DNA from: Edaphobacter sp.
GTDB lineage: Bacteria; Acidobacteriota; Terriglobia; Terriglobales; Acidobacteriaceae
Assembly (NCBI GenBank): GCA_035566575.1
Contig: DATMQZ010000007.1
Coordinates: 102,433 to 166,432, forward strand
Direction of reading: 5' to 3'
Length of the DNA stretch: 64,000 bases
The notes under the pieces: generated by a model
Told to the model about the DNA's origin: nothing
Seen by the model: the letters and a program-made list of their open reading frames with translations, nothing else
The model's database searches: none
Shown here: piece after piece, positions 19,950 to 27,785 of the stretch
How positions within the stretch are numbered: the stretch's first letter is position 1
Layout: each line of letters starts with the position of its first letter
Position numbers and translations under genes: made by a program

Positions 19950-20828
19950 ATGAATCCCGTCGTTACCGAATCGTCGGAAGCCATTGACTTCAGCGCCCGC
20001 CGTGCCGCCTTCCGCAGGCTCCACGAAGCGGGCTTTTTCGTCATACCGAATCCCTGGGACAGAGGCACGGCACGCTACCTCCGTTCGCTCGGCTTCAAGG
20101 CTATGGCCACCACAAGCTCCGGCTTCGCCTTCACTCAGGGTCTACCCGATGCCGAGTGGGCGGTTCCGCGCGACACTGTCTTGCAACATATCGCGAGTAT
20201 CGTGGCTGCTGTCCCCAACGTTCCCATCAACGCCGACTTCGAATCGGGCTACGCGCATCAACCCGATGCCGTCGCAGAAAACGTTCGGCTCTGCGTCGCT
20301 ACTGGAGTCGCCGGGCTCTCCATCGAAGACGCGACCGGCGATCCTGCACAACCTCTTTACGATTTGTCCCTTGCTGTAGAAAGAATCAAAGCTGCACGCG
20401 CCGCCATCGACTCCACAGGCTCTGACGTTCTACTTACTGCGCGTGCCGAGTGCTACCTTGTCGGCCATCCCGATCCTCTTGGCGAAGCCATCCGCCGCCT
20501 CAGGGCCTACGCTGAGGCAGGTGCCGATGTTCTCTACGCTCCCGGCCCCACCAGCCGCGCCGATATCGAAGCCATTGTCGCTGCCGTTCGCCCGAAGCCA
20601 GTCAACGTTCTTCTCACATCCAGCAAAGGTCTCTCTCTGGCCGAGCTGGCCGATATTGGGGTGCGCCGTGTAAGCGTAGGCTCGGCGCTTGCGCGCGCTG
20701 CGTGGACCGGCTTCATTCATGCCGCACGCACCATTGCCAATGAGTCCAGCATGGCCGGCCTCGACGACACAGTTACCTTCGCTGAGCTGAATGCGTTTTT
20801 CCATAAGGACCACGGCGAACGGCAATAG
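19950..20828 (+). CDS. Isocitrate lyase/PEP mutase family protein
   Basis: PNPWD, ATTSSG, ADFESGY, SIED, AGADVLYAPG, RVSVGS. Confidence 0.92.
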   Translation: MNPVVTESSEAIDFSARRAAFRRLHEAGFFVIPNPWDRGTARYLRSLGFKAMATTSSGFAFTQGLPDAEWAVPRDTVLQHIASIVAAVPNVPINADFESGYAHQPDAVAENVRLCVATGVAGLSIEDATGDPAQPLYDLSLAVERIKAARAAIDSTGSDVLLTARAECYLVGHPDPLGEAIRRLRAYAEAGADVLYAPGPTSRADIEAIVAAVRPKPVNVLLTSSKGLSLAELADIGVRRVSVGSALARAAWTGFIHAARTIANESSMAGLDDTVTFAELNAFFHKDHGERQ

Positions 20829-20835
20829 CCACTAA

Positions 20836-20877
20836 GATCGGCTTTGTGGAAAGGGATGCAGAGCTCGGGCAATCGGC
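20836..20877. repeat. Direct repeat A, copy 1 (copy 2 at 25121-25161)
   Basis: GATCGGCTTTGTGGAAAGGGATGCAGAGCTCGGGCAATCGGC; 40/42 identical to copy 2. Confidence 0.85.
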
Positions 20878-20999
20878 ATGTTTTTTGCCTGTCAAGCCAG
20901 CTTGGCGAATCCGGCCCACTCGATGAGTGCATTGGCGATTATGCGCTCGTCGAGAGCCTTGCAAAGGTCAAATTGGTGAAGAGCAGCGCCGTTTTCCGG

Positions 21000-21113
21000 A
21001 CAGAAAGTGGTGGGCATTCTCTGATGCCCCATTGCTCCAGCGAGATGAGTTGGCGACCCAGCGTCTGTTCGACTCCGGCTGTGGTGGCCGCGAGACGTCC
21101 TTCACGAATGGCG
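21000..21113 (-). pseudogene. 3'-end remnant resembling an NmrA/NAD(P)H-binding oxidoreductase
   Basis: AIREGRLAATTAGVEQTLGRQLISLEQW then, after a frameshift, ASENAHHF; typical NmrA-like C-terminus. Confidence 0.5.
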
Positions 21114-21174
21114 CCGCATAATTGGCTGTTCCACACTAGAGCGCCTCTCATACTAATGGCTATCGAGCTAATGG

Positions 21175-22557
21175 CTATCGAGGATTTCCCGCATCCGGTC
21201 CTTCCGTGAGAAATCGTTTTACGGCATCATCAACGCCAGTATCTTTGATGCCAGAATCGAGCGCATTGGAATTCCATGCCAGGAGCGCGATCGTCGACAC
21301 CTGGTGATCCGCGAGAAATCGAAGCAAGTCAAAGCTGAACTGGCTCAGCTCGACGCGACTTCCAGACCAATTCTTCCCAGGGTTGAATTCCGCCAGGGCC
21401 CAGCCGTGGCCGTCCGCTTTTTCGCTTACTTGGGAGACAAGCTCCCGGAAGTCTGCGTCTCTTCCTTCATAGACATTCGCTGTCACTCCCGGAATCGAAC
21501 CGTTCACGAATGCTGTTCGTTGCGGTGACGCGAAGTCTTGTCTGCGATAGTCGAGGATGAGGTTCTCATCGAGCGTTCCGAGCTGGTGCGTATATATGAC
21601 CGTCGATGGAAAATGCCTCCGGATGTTGGAGACAGTATCCGAAACAAACTTGCGGTGCGCTTCAGCTCGAAAATCAAACCAATGGCGCTCTTCAGAACGC
21701 TTGTATGTGAACTGATGATTGCGGAAGAATGCGTCGCAGTCAGTGATCCCGTAGCGGCGGCAAAACGGCTCGGTCATGGACTTTTCATGACCGATGGGCA
21801 AAGCGTCACCCGAGGGCACACTGCGAAATGAGAAGTCACACACTTCGCTGTCGGTCGTAATTGCCTGTATGGTTCCCGCGTAGGTTCGGTCGATCCGCTG
21901 CCACTCTGCAAGCGCTAGGTCCAGCACCTTCAGGCGTGCGCGCCGATACTTGGTGGCGTACGGCGAGAGCGTGAGAAGGAGCGCATCCTGACTTCGCTTC
22001 ACGTCGTAAAGATTGATTCCGAGAAAAGGTTCAAGCTCTTCTTTGGTCAAAGAGCCCTTGGAGTGAAGAGACTCGTTGACCTGGCCGTCCTGATACCGGG
22101 CGAGAAAACGTCCGCCATCAGCCGTCTTCCAGTACGCGTAGAAAGGACCGCCAGGTGAGAACCAGGGACCGTCGTTGAAGCCCACGACAACTGGCAATCC
22201 CATTTCATGGGCTACACGCACGTTCGCTTCATAGCGTTTCATTTTAGCTGCATCGATCGCAAAGCTCGCCGGCCCGCGGCCGGTCACATATGTGAGGTAG
22301 GGATAGTTGAGGGCAATGCCTACCGAACCGTAGCGCGAGCGATTACCAAGATGATCGATAAACTCCTGAAATTGGGCGCGAACAGCACCGTCCCCATGTT
22401 CAGCGATGGAGGAGTCGGTATAGATGAAAAAGGAGATCGGCCGATGACGGCTCTGCTCCGGAGCTTTCGCCTGTGGGAATGAGCGGGTTTGCCCAAGTAA
22501 CAATGCAACACAACAAACAAGTACTACACGCGGAGCTCTAGCCAGCATAGAGTTCAC
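21175..22557 (-). CDS. Secreted hypothetical protein, putative clan GH-A (beta/alpha)8 glycoside hydrolase
   Basis: Signal peptide; TTDSEV, YTHQ, WALAEFNP, LLAWN in GH42/GH5-like order. Confidence 0.6.
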   Translation of the reverse strand: MNSMLARAPRVVLVCCVALLLGQTRSFPQAKAPEQSRHRPISFFIYTDSSIAEHGDGAVRAQFQEFIDHLGNRSRYGSVGIALNYPYLTYVTGRGPASFAIDAAKMKRYEANVRVAHEMGLPVVVGFNDGPWFSPGGPFYAYWKTADGGRFLARYQDGQVNESLHSKGSLTKEELEPFLGINLYDVKRSQDALLLTLSPYATKYRRARLKVLDLALAEWQRIDRTYAGTIQAITTDSEVCDFSFRSVPSGDALPIGHEKSMTEPFCRRYGITDCDAFFRNHQFTYKRSEERHWFDFRAEAHRKFVSDTVSNIRRHFPSTVIYTHQLGTLDENLILDYRRQDFASPQRTAFVNGSIPGVTANVYEGRDADFRELVSQVSEKADGHGWALAEFNPGKNWSGSRVELSQFSFDLLRFLADHQVSTIALLAWNSNALDSGIKDTGVDDAVKRFLTEGPDAGNPR

Positions 22558-22728
22558 CCCACCTCATCACAACTCGAACCAATCCACACATATGCCACGC
22601 AACCCTTCGGGTCGAGAGTCTTTGACTAACACTTTTTATCTTCTCAAAGGCTTGATCCAAAATTTCTAGAACCTTTGGCGTGTCTTTTTGATAGGGTCAC
22701 GACCGAAGAATGATGGAGATCCGAATGA

Positions 22729-22788
22729 TCACATTTCCTCCTTGACCTGCTCGAGGTTGAAGGTGGCACCTTTCTGCATCGGCGGGTA
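22729..22788 (-). pseudogene. 3'-end remnant of an arylsulfatase gene
   Basis: YPPMQKGATFNLEQVKEEM*, matching the PPxQxxxxFN C-terminus of bacterial arylsulfatases. Confidence 0.6.
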
Positions 22789-22873
22789 CCTACACTGTGC
22801 TGAAAAGATTGAAGGAGGTGTAGGGCCCACAGGACGCGGCAGGATTTACGTGAGAGTGCGCCTAGATCGCCAT

Positions 22874-24772
22874 CTAACGAACAAACCTGGCTAGCAAACG
22901 GATATAGGCAGTTTGGTAGGAGATGGATGGCTCGGTCACCTCCCAGGAATCGATTGGCCAGCCATCGCTAAAATCGGCATAGGCCTTTTGTGGCACTTCA
23001 CCAACCGGGGGTGAAGGCGGCGCCTGCCCACAGCCAGAGTTGATGTTCGGGCACCCTTTGGCCCAGGTGTAATGCGGATTGGCGCCGCCCACGAGGTAGC
23101 CGGGCGGAGGACCAAATTTAGAGCCGCTAACGCTGCCCCAAAGTGCACTGCCGTGGGCAAACCAAGTATGGTAGAAACGGTCCACCGAATTGCTCGCACC
23201 AAACGCCTTCATGTTGGACAGATAGACCTTGCCGAGCGGATTGACGCCGTCGATATAGTGCAGATAGTCCGCCGCAGCGTTCATGGCATCGACCGGGCTG
23301 TGGCTGCCCAAACCATAAAGCGCTTCGTCGCCAAAGATGTCGCCGTGATTGGATTTGGTCGCGTTGCTACCCCAGGCATAGGCCGAAATATGGGCCCCGT
23401 AAGGATCGCTTTCGGTGGCCTTCCAACCGTCGTCTTCAAACCCTTTGGCAAACTCTGTCTTGATGACAGACGAAACCAAAGGCGTCGCCCCGGCCAAGCT
23501 TGCGTAATAGACCAAAGGTGCTGTCTGGGTGTAGTCGAAATCAAGCGTACGGTGATGGGTGAAGATCTGATTGTCGCGGTAATGCGCGTCGATATAGTCG
23601 CGGTAGATCGCCTCTCCAGTAAGATCGAAGAGATAGACGGCGGCGGCTATGGCTCCCATCTCGCGTCCGTAATCGTCAACCTCCTGCTGCCCAGCCGCAA
23701 GCCCTTCAGAATGATCGCGTGGATCATTGTTGTAAAAGAGCACGTGCGGATGCGCTTGGGCCCACAGCCAAGCCTTAAGCGCCCGCTCTCTCAGATCATC
23801 GGCAAATGTTTTGAGGGCCGGAAACTGCCCGTAGGTCTTGGCCGCATAGGCAAAGGCCTCGGCGCCCGCATAGGTCGAAGAGGTGGTCGCCGGGCCATAG
23901 AAGCTAGGCCCCGTAGCCGCCGAAGCTGGGCTTCCCGACGCGGATCCGATCACCGACAGGAGGGAGCCATCATCATTTTGCATGCGCTTTAGCCACTCAA
24001 CCTCCCATTTGACCTCATCGAGCAAATCGGGAATGCCGTTACCGGATTCTGGAATGTTAAAGTCGTCGGTAAAGGCTGTCGGGCTTTCGTGATAAGCGTG
24101 AAGGAGGCCCACCACATAGTCACCGCTCCAGCGGGTATAACGATTGAAATCACCGGCGTCATACCACCCGCCGTGCAGATCACGTGCTGTCGCCTTATCG
24201 CTCTTGGCGCTATAGAGCCGAGCCTTAGAGTCTTGAGCTGGGCCCATATGGCTCGCCTTGTCCGCCCAGCCGGCGCCAGCATAACGCGCCTTTTTGGTAA
24301 AACCGGCGCGCTGATAATAGAGCATGCGCACAGCCTGTACTAAAATAGGCTTATAGAGATTGGCCGCGACCGAAAAGGCCACGGAGTCATACCCCATCTG
24401 CATGTCCCGGATCAGATAGCGACCCGGTGTGACAACACACGAAAAGTCGAATTGCCAAGCATGGTCGCCTGAAGAGGGATCGACAGCGCTGGCGTGCCAG
24501 GCGATAGGCGCGCCCTCAAAGACAACTGCATGCGTCTCCACATTGACGACCTGATAGACCTTACCCGGCGCAAAGTGCCATTGGCTATCGAAACCGATAG
24601 CCGGATCGCGGATAACGGCGACCTTTTTTGCATCCGGTAGATAGCCAAACTGATCGACAACGATAAAGGGCGTAGGCGACGCGCTACCGTTGGAGCTGCC
24701 CTTGGCACTGGCTGGAAGGCTCGGACAAAAACAAAGTGCAGCAAGCCCCGCGATCAAGACCTTCTTCAACAT
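22874..24772 (-). CDS. Glycoside hydrolase family 9 with N-terminal Ig-like domain
   Basis: VDQFGYLP, YYQRAG, GGWYDAGD, GIPDLLDEVKW, WGSN, GYLVGGAN, WEVTEPSISY. Confidence 0.92.
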   Translation of the reverse strand: MLKKVLIAGLAALCFCPSLPASAKGSSNGSASPTPFIVVDQFGYLPDAKKVAVIRDPAIGFDSQWHFAPGKVYQVVNVETHAVVFEGAPIAWHASAVDPSSGDHAWQFDFSCVVTPGRYLIRDMQMGYDSVAFSVAANLYKPILVQAVRMLYYQRAGFTKKARYAGAGWADKASHMGPAQDSKARLYSAKSDKATARDLHGGWYDAGDFNRYTRWSGDYVVGLLHAYHESPTAFTDDFNIPESGNGIPDLLDEVKWEVEWLKRMQNDDGSLLSVIGSASGSPASAATGPSFYGPATTSSTYAGAEAFAYAAKTYGQFPALKTFADDLRERALKAWLWAQAHPHVLFYNNDPRDHSEGLAAGQQEVDDYGREMGAIAAAVYLFDLTGEAIYRDYIDAHYRDNQIFTHHRTLDFDYTQTAPLVYYASLAGATPLVSSVIKTEFAKGFEDDGWKATESDPYGAHISAYAWGSNATKSNHGDIFGDEALYGLGSHSPVDAMNAAADYLHYIDGVNPLGKVYLSNMKAFGASNSVDRFYHTWFAHGSALWGSVSGSKFGPPPGYLVGGANPHYTWAKGCPNINSGCGQAPPSPPVGEVPQKAYADFSDGWPIDSWEVTEPSISYQTAYIRLLARFVR

Positions 24773-24848
24773 GACCCGCCAACCCTTACAAAAAACCTTT
24801 GATGTCGAGCTCGGAACGACACGCTACGAATTCAGCTCAAGGCTGTAT

Positions 24849-24872
24849 TTATTATGTCAATTGACATAATAA
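24849..24872. promoter_or_regulatory. Perfect 24-bp palindromic operator upstream of GH9
   Basis: TTATTATGTCAA|TTGACATAATAA. Confidence 0.7.
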
Positions 24873-24947
24873 CCGGAACGCTTTAACTACTACCCTGGGC
24901 ACCTCATCGCGATTCCTCTTCCGGAGTAGCTGAGTTAACCGAAATCT

Positions 24948-24995
24948 GGGTGCCCGTGTTTCATGTCTGAGACATGGATGGCTGGAATCGCGAGT
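24948..24995 (+). repeat. Degenerate GGGTGCCC-family REP hairpin
   Basis: GGGTGCCCGTGTTTCA-tgtc-TGAGACATGG...TCGCG. Confidence 0.5.
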
Positions 24996-25120
24996 CGTGA
25001 GCGGATCACCGCCTATCCGTGAATTACTACTTGAGTGACAACACGGTAGGGTCGATCTCGCCTCGAATTCCTGGTCCCGAGATGTGAGCTAGCGTCCGCC
25101 GATCTGTCCACGCGATCCTC

Positions 25121-25161
25121 GATCGGCTTGTGGGAAGGGATGCAGAGCTCGGGCAATCGGC
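25121..25161. repeat. Direct repeat A, copy 2
   Basis: GATCGGCTTGTGGGAAGGGATGCAGAGCTCGGGCAATCGGC, 6 bp from the VOC stop codon. Confidence 0.85.
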
Positions 25162-25167
25162 CGAGCG

Positions 25168-25613
25168 TCAACCATAGGTGAGGTCGGTGCTCTGTCCGAC
25201 CTCGATAATATATCCGTCAGGATCGCGGATGTAGCAGCGCGTCTCGCCGTACTTGGGGATCGGCTCGGTGATGAACTCCGCTCCTCGACTTTTCCATAAT
25301 TCATAGCATGCTTGAATATCCGCGACGCGGAAATTCATAAAGCTGTCGATGTGATTCGGGTCGGGGACGCTGAGCGTTACCGTCGGCTTATCCGGGGTCG
25401 GCCCGCCCCCAACGTTGAGAATCATCCAGATATTCGCAAGCTGAAGGTACCCAGGCGCGTTGCCGTCACCTCTGCTCAGAATGCGCGCGCCGAAAACCTT
25501 CTCGTAGTAATCGAGCGATCGGTTGATGTCGCCCACGGTTAGAAAATGCGCGATGCTCATCCCCTCTCGCGGGGCATCTCATAGCTCTTCTGCTCGATTT
25601 GTACGCTGCTCAT
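25168..25613 (-). CDS. VOC/glyoxalase family protein; apparent 1-bp frameshift near 25572 (intact core ORF 25168-25560)
   Basis: HFLTVGDINRSLDYY, NFRVADI, YIRDPDGYIIEVGQ. Upstream GAGGAG-ATG (25613) MSSVQIEQKSYEMP joins in frame if one C is added to the C4 run. Confidence 0.85.
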
Positions 25614-25861
25614 TGACGACTCCTCGACTGAAAAATCGAAAATCATGGAACAAGCGGTGAGTCCGTTGGTTTGGGCAAGTCGATTGTGTTCTAAGGTGGC
25701 AGTTCCCGGGTTGGGCTCAGGCTGCCCCGTGATTCCGGCAGCGGTCGCAGTATACCCGATCGGGCGTGAGCGGGTGGACAACACCGGAAAAGACCACAAC
25801 ACATCCACGGTGGCGATCTTCGCGGCAGAGAAAATCCGATACGAATCCCGGTCTAATCCGA

Positions 25862-25973
25862 ATTCCCGGTTCTCACGAAGAGAAGCGGGTCGCGCCTTCG
25901 CGCGATGGCCCACATCTCAGAATCGAGATATGGGGCACCCCGATTTTGAGGTTTCAAGTTAGATCTGGGCCAC
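25862..25973. repeat. Direct repeat B, copy 1 (112 bp; contains a GGGTGCCCCA REP hairpin)
   Basis: 107/112 identical to 27563-27674; last 84 bp identical. Confidence 0.95.
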
Positions 25974-26066
25974 TCCGCCACTGTCGATACGGCACTAGAG
26001 ATTTTGCACCAACTAAGAAAACCACCAACTTCCGGTTGAGGGGGGCCGCGATGGTACTTGCCGGGA

Positions 26067-27479
26067 CTAATCGACCGCCAGCGCGACAGCCCGCTCGAAC
26101 ACCGGATCGCGCCGCGCCATGTAGTCGGCGAAGGTCATCTTGATCGTCTCGTCCGGAGCCAGCGATTTGACCCGCACCGGAAAGATCCAATTCAGCCAAT
26201 AGCACCGGCTCCAATCATCACAGCGATGCGCATAGTCATGCATCCCGGTTGCGTAGTGCAGGCAAAGGCCTTCATGGGGAAGACATCCTTCATTCCCCTC
26301 ACCATAAAAGGTAAGCCGATCGCCGACGGTTTCGCCAAGGATGATTGCGCGAGATCCAGCCGCCTGCTTCACGAAGGCTGCCGTCGTAATCGCGGCGGAA
26401 AAAGTTTGCGGACCCGTCAGAAGATAGATTCGTCCGCTTGGCGGCACGAAATCCGGCAGGTGCGATGCGAAACGAGCCGCCTTCGTATAGTCGCCTCCGG
26501 TATTGAATCGCATATCGAGAATGATGTTGCAGGGCGGATGTGCGCGCATCTCATCCGTCGTGGCGTTGAGGAAGGCGCCAATATGGTCCTTTTCCACATC
26601 CGCGATCGCCTTAAGCTGTATGAAAAGCGTGCACCCGTGATCGATCCATGCCCGTCGGAAAGTGCTGTTGAAGTCGCGCAGCGGCAGTGGCAAGTTCGCG
26701 TCATCGGAAACCAACGCACGCCAGTCCGAGGACTCGCCTTTCACCTTTTGGGGTGACAGCCAGCGCGTCATCTGTCCGTGTGGATCGTTCTCCCCGGAGA
26801 TTTTACCCGGCAGCGTGCGCGTCACCTCGCTGCCGTTTGGTAGACGGAACGTCCAACGCGTCTGGTCCGGGCGCGAACCGATCGCGTCGCCATAAAGGAT
26901 CTCGGGTGACTGGACGTAGATCGCCGCATAGGTGCGTCGCCAGCCCTCAGTGCCCCCATGCAGCTGTTCGAGCGCTGCAATCACGTCGCTTGTCGGCCTG
27001 CCTTCGATGCTTTCGACGCGCGCGCCCAGAAGATCCGCATACGCCGATTTTGCCCGCAGGACGTAAAGCCCGTCAGCAAACAGCGCCACACGCAGGGGGA
27101 TAAAGTTCTGCGGGCCGCCTTTACCGTAGTGGAGGTTCGTATGACCGTTGTCGGCAAGCGCCGTGATGCGCAGCAGCCCAACATGGAATCTTTCCCATTC
27201 GAGCGGTGCGTGTTCCGATTTCAGTTCGGCAATCTGGTGGTTTGCTTCGGCGCGCGCTGCAGGTGAAAATGACCGATCCATAGCAAGCAGGCGCGAAAAT
27301 TGTTCAATGTCCTGCTGTTGCGCATCGAGCGCATTGGTAGGCTTGGGAAAATCGTTGGACGGCGGATTGGGATTGAATTTGTGAAGCATGCAGAGCGCGA
27401 AACCTCCGGCTATCCCGACGAACAGGATAACGACCGCCAAGACCGACAATCCCGCCCTGAGAATCCCTCGCTTCGTCAT
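26067..27479 (-). CDS. S41-like (tail-specific protease-like) membrane-anchored peptidase
   Basis: N-terminal TM; ADNGHT, IILDMRFNTGGD, TFSAA, LGETVG, LAPD. Confidence 0.75.
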   Translation of the reverse strand: MTKRGILRAGLSVLAVVILFVGIAGGFALCMLHKFNPNPPSNDFPKPTNALDAQQQDIEQFSRLLAMDRSFSPAARAEANHQIAELKSEHAPLEWERFHVGLLRITALADNGHTNLHYGKGGPQNFIPLRVALFADGLYVLRAKSAYADLLGARVESIEGRPTSDVIAALEQLHGGTEGWRRTYAAIYVQSPEILYGDAIGSRPDQTRWTFRLPNGSEVTRTLPGKISGENDPHGQMTRWLSPQKVKGESSDWRALVSDDANLPLPLRDFNSTFRRAWIDHGCTLFIQLKAIADVEKDHIGAFLNATTDEMRAHPPCNIILDMRFNTGGDYTKAARFASHLPDFVPPSGRIYLLTGPQTFSAAITTAAFVKQAAGSRAIILGETVGDRLTFYGEGNEGCLPHEGLCLHYATGMHDYAHRCDDWSRCYWLNWIFPVRVKSLAPDETIKMTFADYMARRDPVFERAVALAVD

Positions 27480-27562
27480 CAGCACACCCCACTCACCTGG
27501 AACCTCGACCTTGATGAGCTTACATGGAACCCGATTCAGAGCGCTTGGATACTGTTTTAGGT

Positions 27563-27674
27563 ATTCCCGGCTCTCATGAAGAAAAGCGAATCGCGCCTTC
27601 GCGCGATGGCCCACATCTCAGAATCGAGATATGGGGCACCCCGATTTTGAGGTTTCAAGTTAGATCTGGGCCAC
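27563..27674. repeat. Direct repeat B, copy 2
   Basis: See copy 1; the pair brackets only the S41-like gene. Confidence 0.95.
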
Positions 27675-27759
27675 ACCGCTGGAACTGGTTTGAATCTGTG
27701 ATGCAACTCAGTTTATGTCTATGCCATTGAGACCGATGGCTGGTACTATCCGCATGAGA

Positions 27760-27775
27760 AGTAAATCGATTAAGC
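27760..27775. promoter_or_regulatory. Possible LacI-family operator upstream of GH35
   Basis: TAAATCGATTAA core (AAnCG/CGnTT-like) just downstream of a TACTAT -10. Confidence 0.35.
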
Positions 27776-27785
27776 AGGGGACCGG

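Noticed and set aside
25851-25965. Repeat B as an integron attC site (ATCTAAC ... ATTAGAC on the minus strand)
   Set aside because: No complementary L boxes, the second copy lacks a GTTRRRY end, and no intI is in the window. A REP-type element fits better.
27480-27614. Shared MGHRAKAR N-termini of ORFs 26067-27614 and 25557-25913
   Set aside because: Translations of the REP repeat, not real protein starts.
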